This document shows positions 59,655-64,000 of a DNA stretch of 64,000 nt, piece by piece. The position numbers and the translations under genes are program-made. Source of the DNA: Chrysemys picta bellii. Its lineage: Eukaryota. Positions within the stretch are counted from its first letter, which is position 1. The number at the start of each line of letters is the position of its first letter. The stretch lies in the NCBI RefSeq assembly GCF_011386835.1, contig NC_088791.1:94364001-94428000 (forward strand), given 5' to 3'. Below the pieces are notes generated by a model that did not search any database, was not told where the DNA came from, and saw only the letters and a list, made by a program, of their open reading frames with translations.

Positions 59655-60400
59655 AACTTTTAGCCCAGTGATTAGGGTGTTTGCCTGGAATATGGGAGAC
59701 CCAGGTTTGAATCCCCACTCTGGATCAGGGACTTGAACTCAGATTTCCCCTCTCTCAGGTGAGCATTGTAACCACCAGGCTGGTTTAAGTTGGGTTGCTC
59801 TTAGTCTCTGCTGTGGAAGCAGTTTCACTTTCTAGAAATACTTAAATATTCACTGGGCCAAAGAAAGAGTGAATGAGGACCAGGGCTGCCTGGTGGATAT
59901 GGGAGATGACAGTTTGCCCAGGCCCCCATTTGAGGGCCCCTAAACTGAGCTGGGTTGTAGTCTGGTGTGTGGGGTCACAGCGCCACTTGGGTTTGGTCTG
60001 GCAGCCCCTCTATTATGAGGGAGAAGTGGTCAGGAAGAATGGTACTGTGATCCTGTGCACCATGTCACCATGCCCAGAGTGGGGAGCTGGGCCCAGCCCT
60101 GTGGGACAGGAGCTGCCACTGTGGGGTGAACTCGCTCTTCAAACCTTCCCTCTCTCCCACTGGGGCTTCCCCTTAGTGGTACATTTTTGGAAGGGTGTGG
60201 TTTTGGATTTTGCCTTGGATCCCCAAAAATCTGTGTGGCCCTGCTGACAAAAACCTGGTAATTAAAGCTGTTACTTGGGAGGTATGAGATGTAGATTCAT
60301 ATCTTCTCTCTGCCTGATTCAGAGGAGGGATTTGAATCCATATCTCCTGGTTGCTGGCCTGGAAAAAGTTTTTCTCTGTCAAAACTGAGACAAATTCATG
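59655..60400. repeat. Element with inverted tRNA-like (B-box-bearing) modules
   Basis: GGGAGACCCAGGTTTGAATCCC at about 59694-59715 and related degenerate modules near 60250-60360. Confidence 0.4.
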
Positions 60401-60879
60401 AATAGTTTTGGGTTGACCAAAACTTCATTTTTTGGTAAATAAATTGTTAATCTAAAAAATGTCACCAGCTCTAAATATGGGACCCTGGTACACAGTTTCC
60501 AGATCTCTGGGAGAAATTCCTGGTCATCCTTTCTCCATCACCCTACTCACTTTGGTGGCCTGCAGCAAACATAAAATCAATTCCTGGGAGTCGGGTGTTC
60601 TGGGTGAGATGTCTTCTTTCTGGAGTTCATCCCTCTTTGATAGATGGGAGATACAAGTCCAATGGACATTTTCAGCCTCTGAAGCAATGAATACTCCATG
60701 CAAACTGGGTTTTCACTCTCCTCTTACCACCCCCTCCTTCCTCAATTTGTCCCACTTCTATAGGTCTCTTCATTCTGCTCTCTGTCTAATTCTCACCTTC
60801 ACTATCACTCTCTCTTTCTGTTACTTTGATTCTCTCTTATGTTCTCCTCTCAAGTGAAATAAATTTAATATTAGTCTTA

Positions 60880-61090
60880 ATCATGGTATGAACATAGGAT
60901 TGGGAGCAAGCAACTCCTGAATTCTATACCCAGTCCTGGGGCAGATTTCCTCTGATGTCTTGGCCAATTACCAGCTTTCTCCCTTGGCATCTCCATCTGT
61001 ATACTGTGGACGATAGAGCAGCTACTGGGGCATTGTGAGGTTTAGTTAATGTTTGTTGCAACTCTGAAGATGAAAAGTGCTACAAAAGTG
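60880..61090 (+). mobile_element. MIR-like CORE-SINE
   Basis: Degenerate core and TGTGAGGTTTAGTTAATGTTTG...GAAAAGTGCTA tail. Confidence 0.55.
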
Positions 61091-61123
61091 CCAAACTGTA
61101 TTCTCTCTTTCTGTTATTACTTA

Positions 61124-62311
<1,188 letters not shown>

Positions 62312-63072
62312 TGAGCTGAACAGGGGCTTGGTGTCCAAACCAGGCATCCACTGTTCCATACAAGATGCCTTGTCTTTGCAGGATCAACAAATAGCTGTGC
62401 TGGGGAGCTAGAAAAATGGCATAGCGTGAGTCAGAGGCCTGGGTTCATGTTGATATATTGTATCTGAGTGATGTATTTGTAAGCTGCCCTTTTGTCAGAG
62501 AGAACTGATAAATACTCATTTGCAACCAGAGCATCCTGGCTAAAGAACTTTTGAATGATTGGCGATGACCTGAGCTAAGCTGGGATAAGTGCTCTTTGCC
62601 AGCATGCAGATTTGCATTCAATTCTCTGTTTGTCTCTTATTCTCTGTTTCATCAGGCAACGGGAGAGCTGCAGGGACTATAGGAGTAGAGCTGCTTGGTT
62701 CTATAGGAGTAGTACTCTGCACTGCTGTGGGGGAGTTCTGGCTTCGTTCCCTGTCCTAGGTTCTCATTCCTCTCTGGGTCAGCAAGGGATGCAAGTGCTG
62801 GAGGGAAGCAGGGAGCACATTATGTTACTCATCAGTACCCACTCTGGCTAGCTTAGAAGTGGTTTTGACAGATCCCAAAGGGGATCCCATCCAAGGTCAT
62901 GACATGTGTGATTGCAACAAGGGTGGTGCATTTAATAGGGATAAAGGAGAATATTCATCATTCTATAAGGAACACAAAGGACCTTAACAAATAGACTGTA
63001 AATACAGGGACAGAACCAAGATCTCATTCAGTGACTGCACTGAGTCCCAAGTAAACAGAGTTTTGTATAGAG

Positions 63073-63814
63073 CAGCGGTTCCCAAACTGGGGTTTGTGAA
63101 CCACTGGGGGTTCATGAAATGTTACAGGGGGTTCTTGGGAAAAAATTCCCAAATGGCGGACAGAGCTGTTCCTAGGGACCTCAGGCAGCATGGGGCCAGC
63201 AGCCTGGAGCCCCTGAACTTCCAAGAGCTAAGCAGATCAAAGCAAGGATATCTATCACACTGAGGAGATTTCAACTTCAAGACTCCTTATAAGAAAAGGA
63301 AAGGGAGGTGGATTTGCTGTTTTTAAAATGAAATAGGCAGCTAGTGTTTTTTTTAAAATTATTATGAAGAACAGATTTAAGCTTCGTTGTAACGTGCATT
63401 GTTTGCCTGGACTGCTCAAGACCTGAATGCTTGTGTAGGAGGAACTCTTTGAGTTGACTTCTTAAATACCTTCCTGCTGTTTCACATCTGATACTCCTTG
63501 ATGAAACATAAGAGCCTTGTCTTATAACAGGCTTATTCAAAGTGATACAAGCTACGAAAGTGAGATCTTGGAAGAGTGTTGCCATTTTCAGAATGTAATA
63601 AAAATACTGTAATAATAAATAATAATTAATAATAAATAGTATGTAATAAGCATGTCATAAAAACAAATTGTGTATTTCCAAGATCACTGCTTTTATAATT
63701 TATACACAGATAAAGGAGAAAATCCCTGGAAATATTCATTTTTAGGAGGGGGTTCGCGAGATTTGACATTTTCTTGAAAGGGGTTCACAGGTTGTTAAAG
63801 TTTGGGAACCACTG
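63073..63814. mobile_element. hAT-Charlie internally deleted element
   Basis: TIR CAGCGGTTCCCAAACT / AGTTTGGGAACCACTG; TSD gtatagag/gtacagag. Confidence 0.87.
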
Positions 63815-63899
63815 GTACAGAGTGTTCTCTCTAGCCAGACTTGGTCCTAGGTCACAGATTTAAAAATGATGAGCAATATGTGTAACTGTTTTTCCCCAG

Positions 63900-63979
63900 A
63901 ATCCTCTGTCCCCTTTGCTTCCTCAAAGGCTTCTGACAACCCAGAAAAGACTCCTCAGCCATCCATTCAACCATACAAG
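63900..63979 (+). CDS. FAM227A: FAM227A probable exon (SSVPFASSKASDNPEKTPQPSIQPYK); gene continues beyond the window
   Basis: TTTTTCCCCAG acceptor, AAG|GTAATG donor, 80 nt, phase 1 to 0 and open. Confidence 0.7.
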
Positions 63980-64000
63980 GTAATGAGCATCTTGTTCATG

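Overview
Vertebrate genomic DNA, very probably turtle (Testudines), judged from the tortoise-type tRNA-derived SINE with a CR1 tail and the CR1, Harbinger, hAT, DIRS and Penelope repeat spectrum. The gene order matches the conserved amniote block GTPBP1(-) / JOSD1(+) / TOMM22(-) / CBY1(-) / FAM227A(+). Exons were read by hand from GT-AG boundaries with consistent phases. GTPBP1 coding exons 1-5 are present and the gene continues off the left edge. JOSD1 (202 aa), TOMM22 (137 aa) and CBY1 (126 aa) are complete. FAM227A has 10 putative coding exons (about 360 aa) and continues off the right edge. Four CpG-island promoters are visible. Introns and intergenic DNA are dense with nested transposons. 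The most interesting signals are minimal hammerhead-ribozyme motifs in Penelope-like fragments, a candidate poison exon in GTPBP1 intron 1, a chain of stop/start-overlapping uORFs in the JOSD1 leader, a probable GC-donor exon in FAM227A, an RFX X-box in the CBY1/FAM227A bidirectional promoter, a two-gene autonomous Harbinger relic and a DIRS1 right end with its internal complementary region. Most long ORFs in the supplied track are GC-rich or repeat-derived artefacts. No database searches were run; gene identities rest on recalled similarity to the human proteins.
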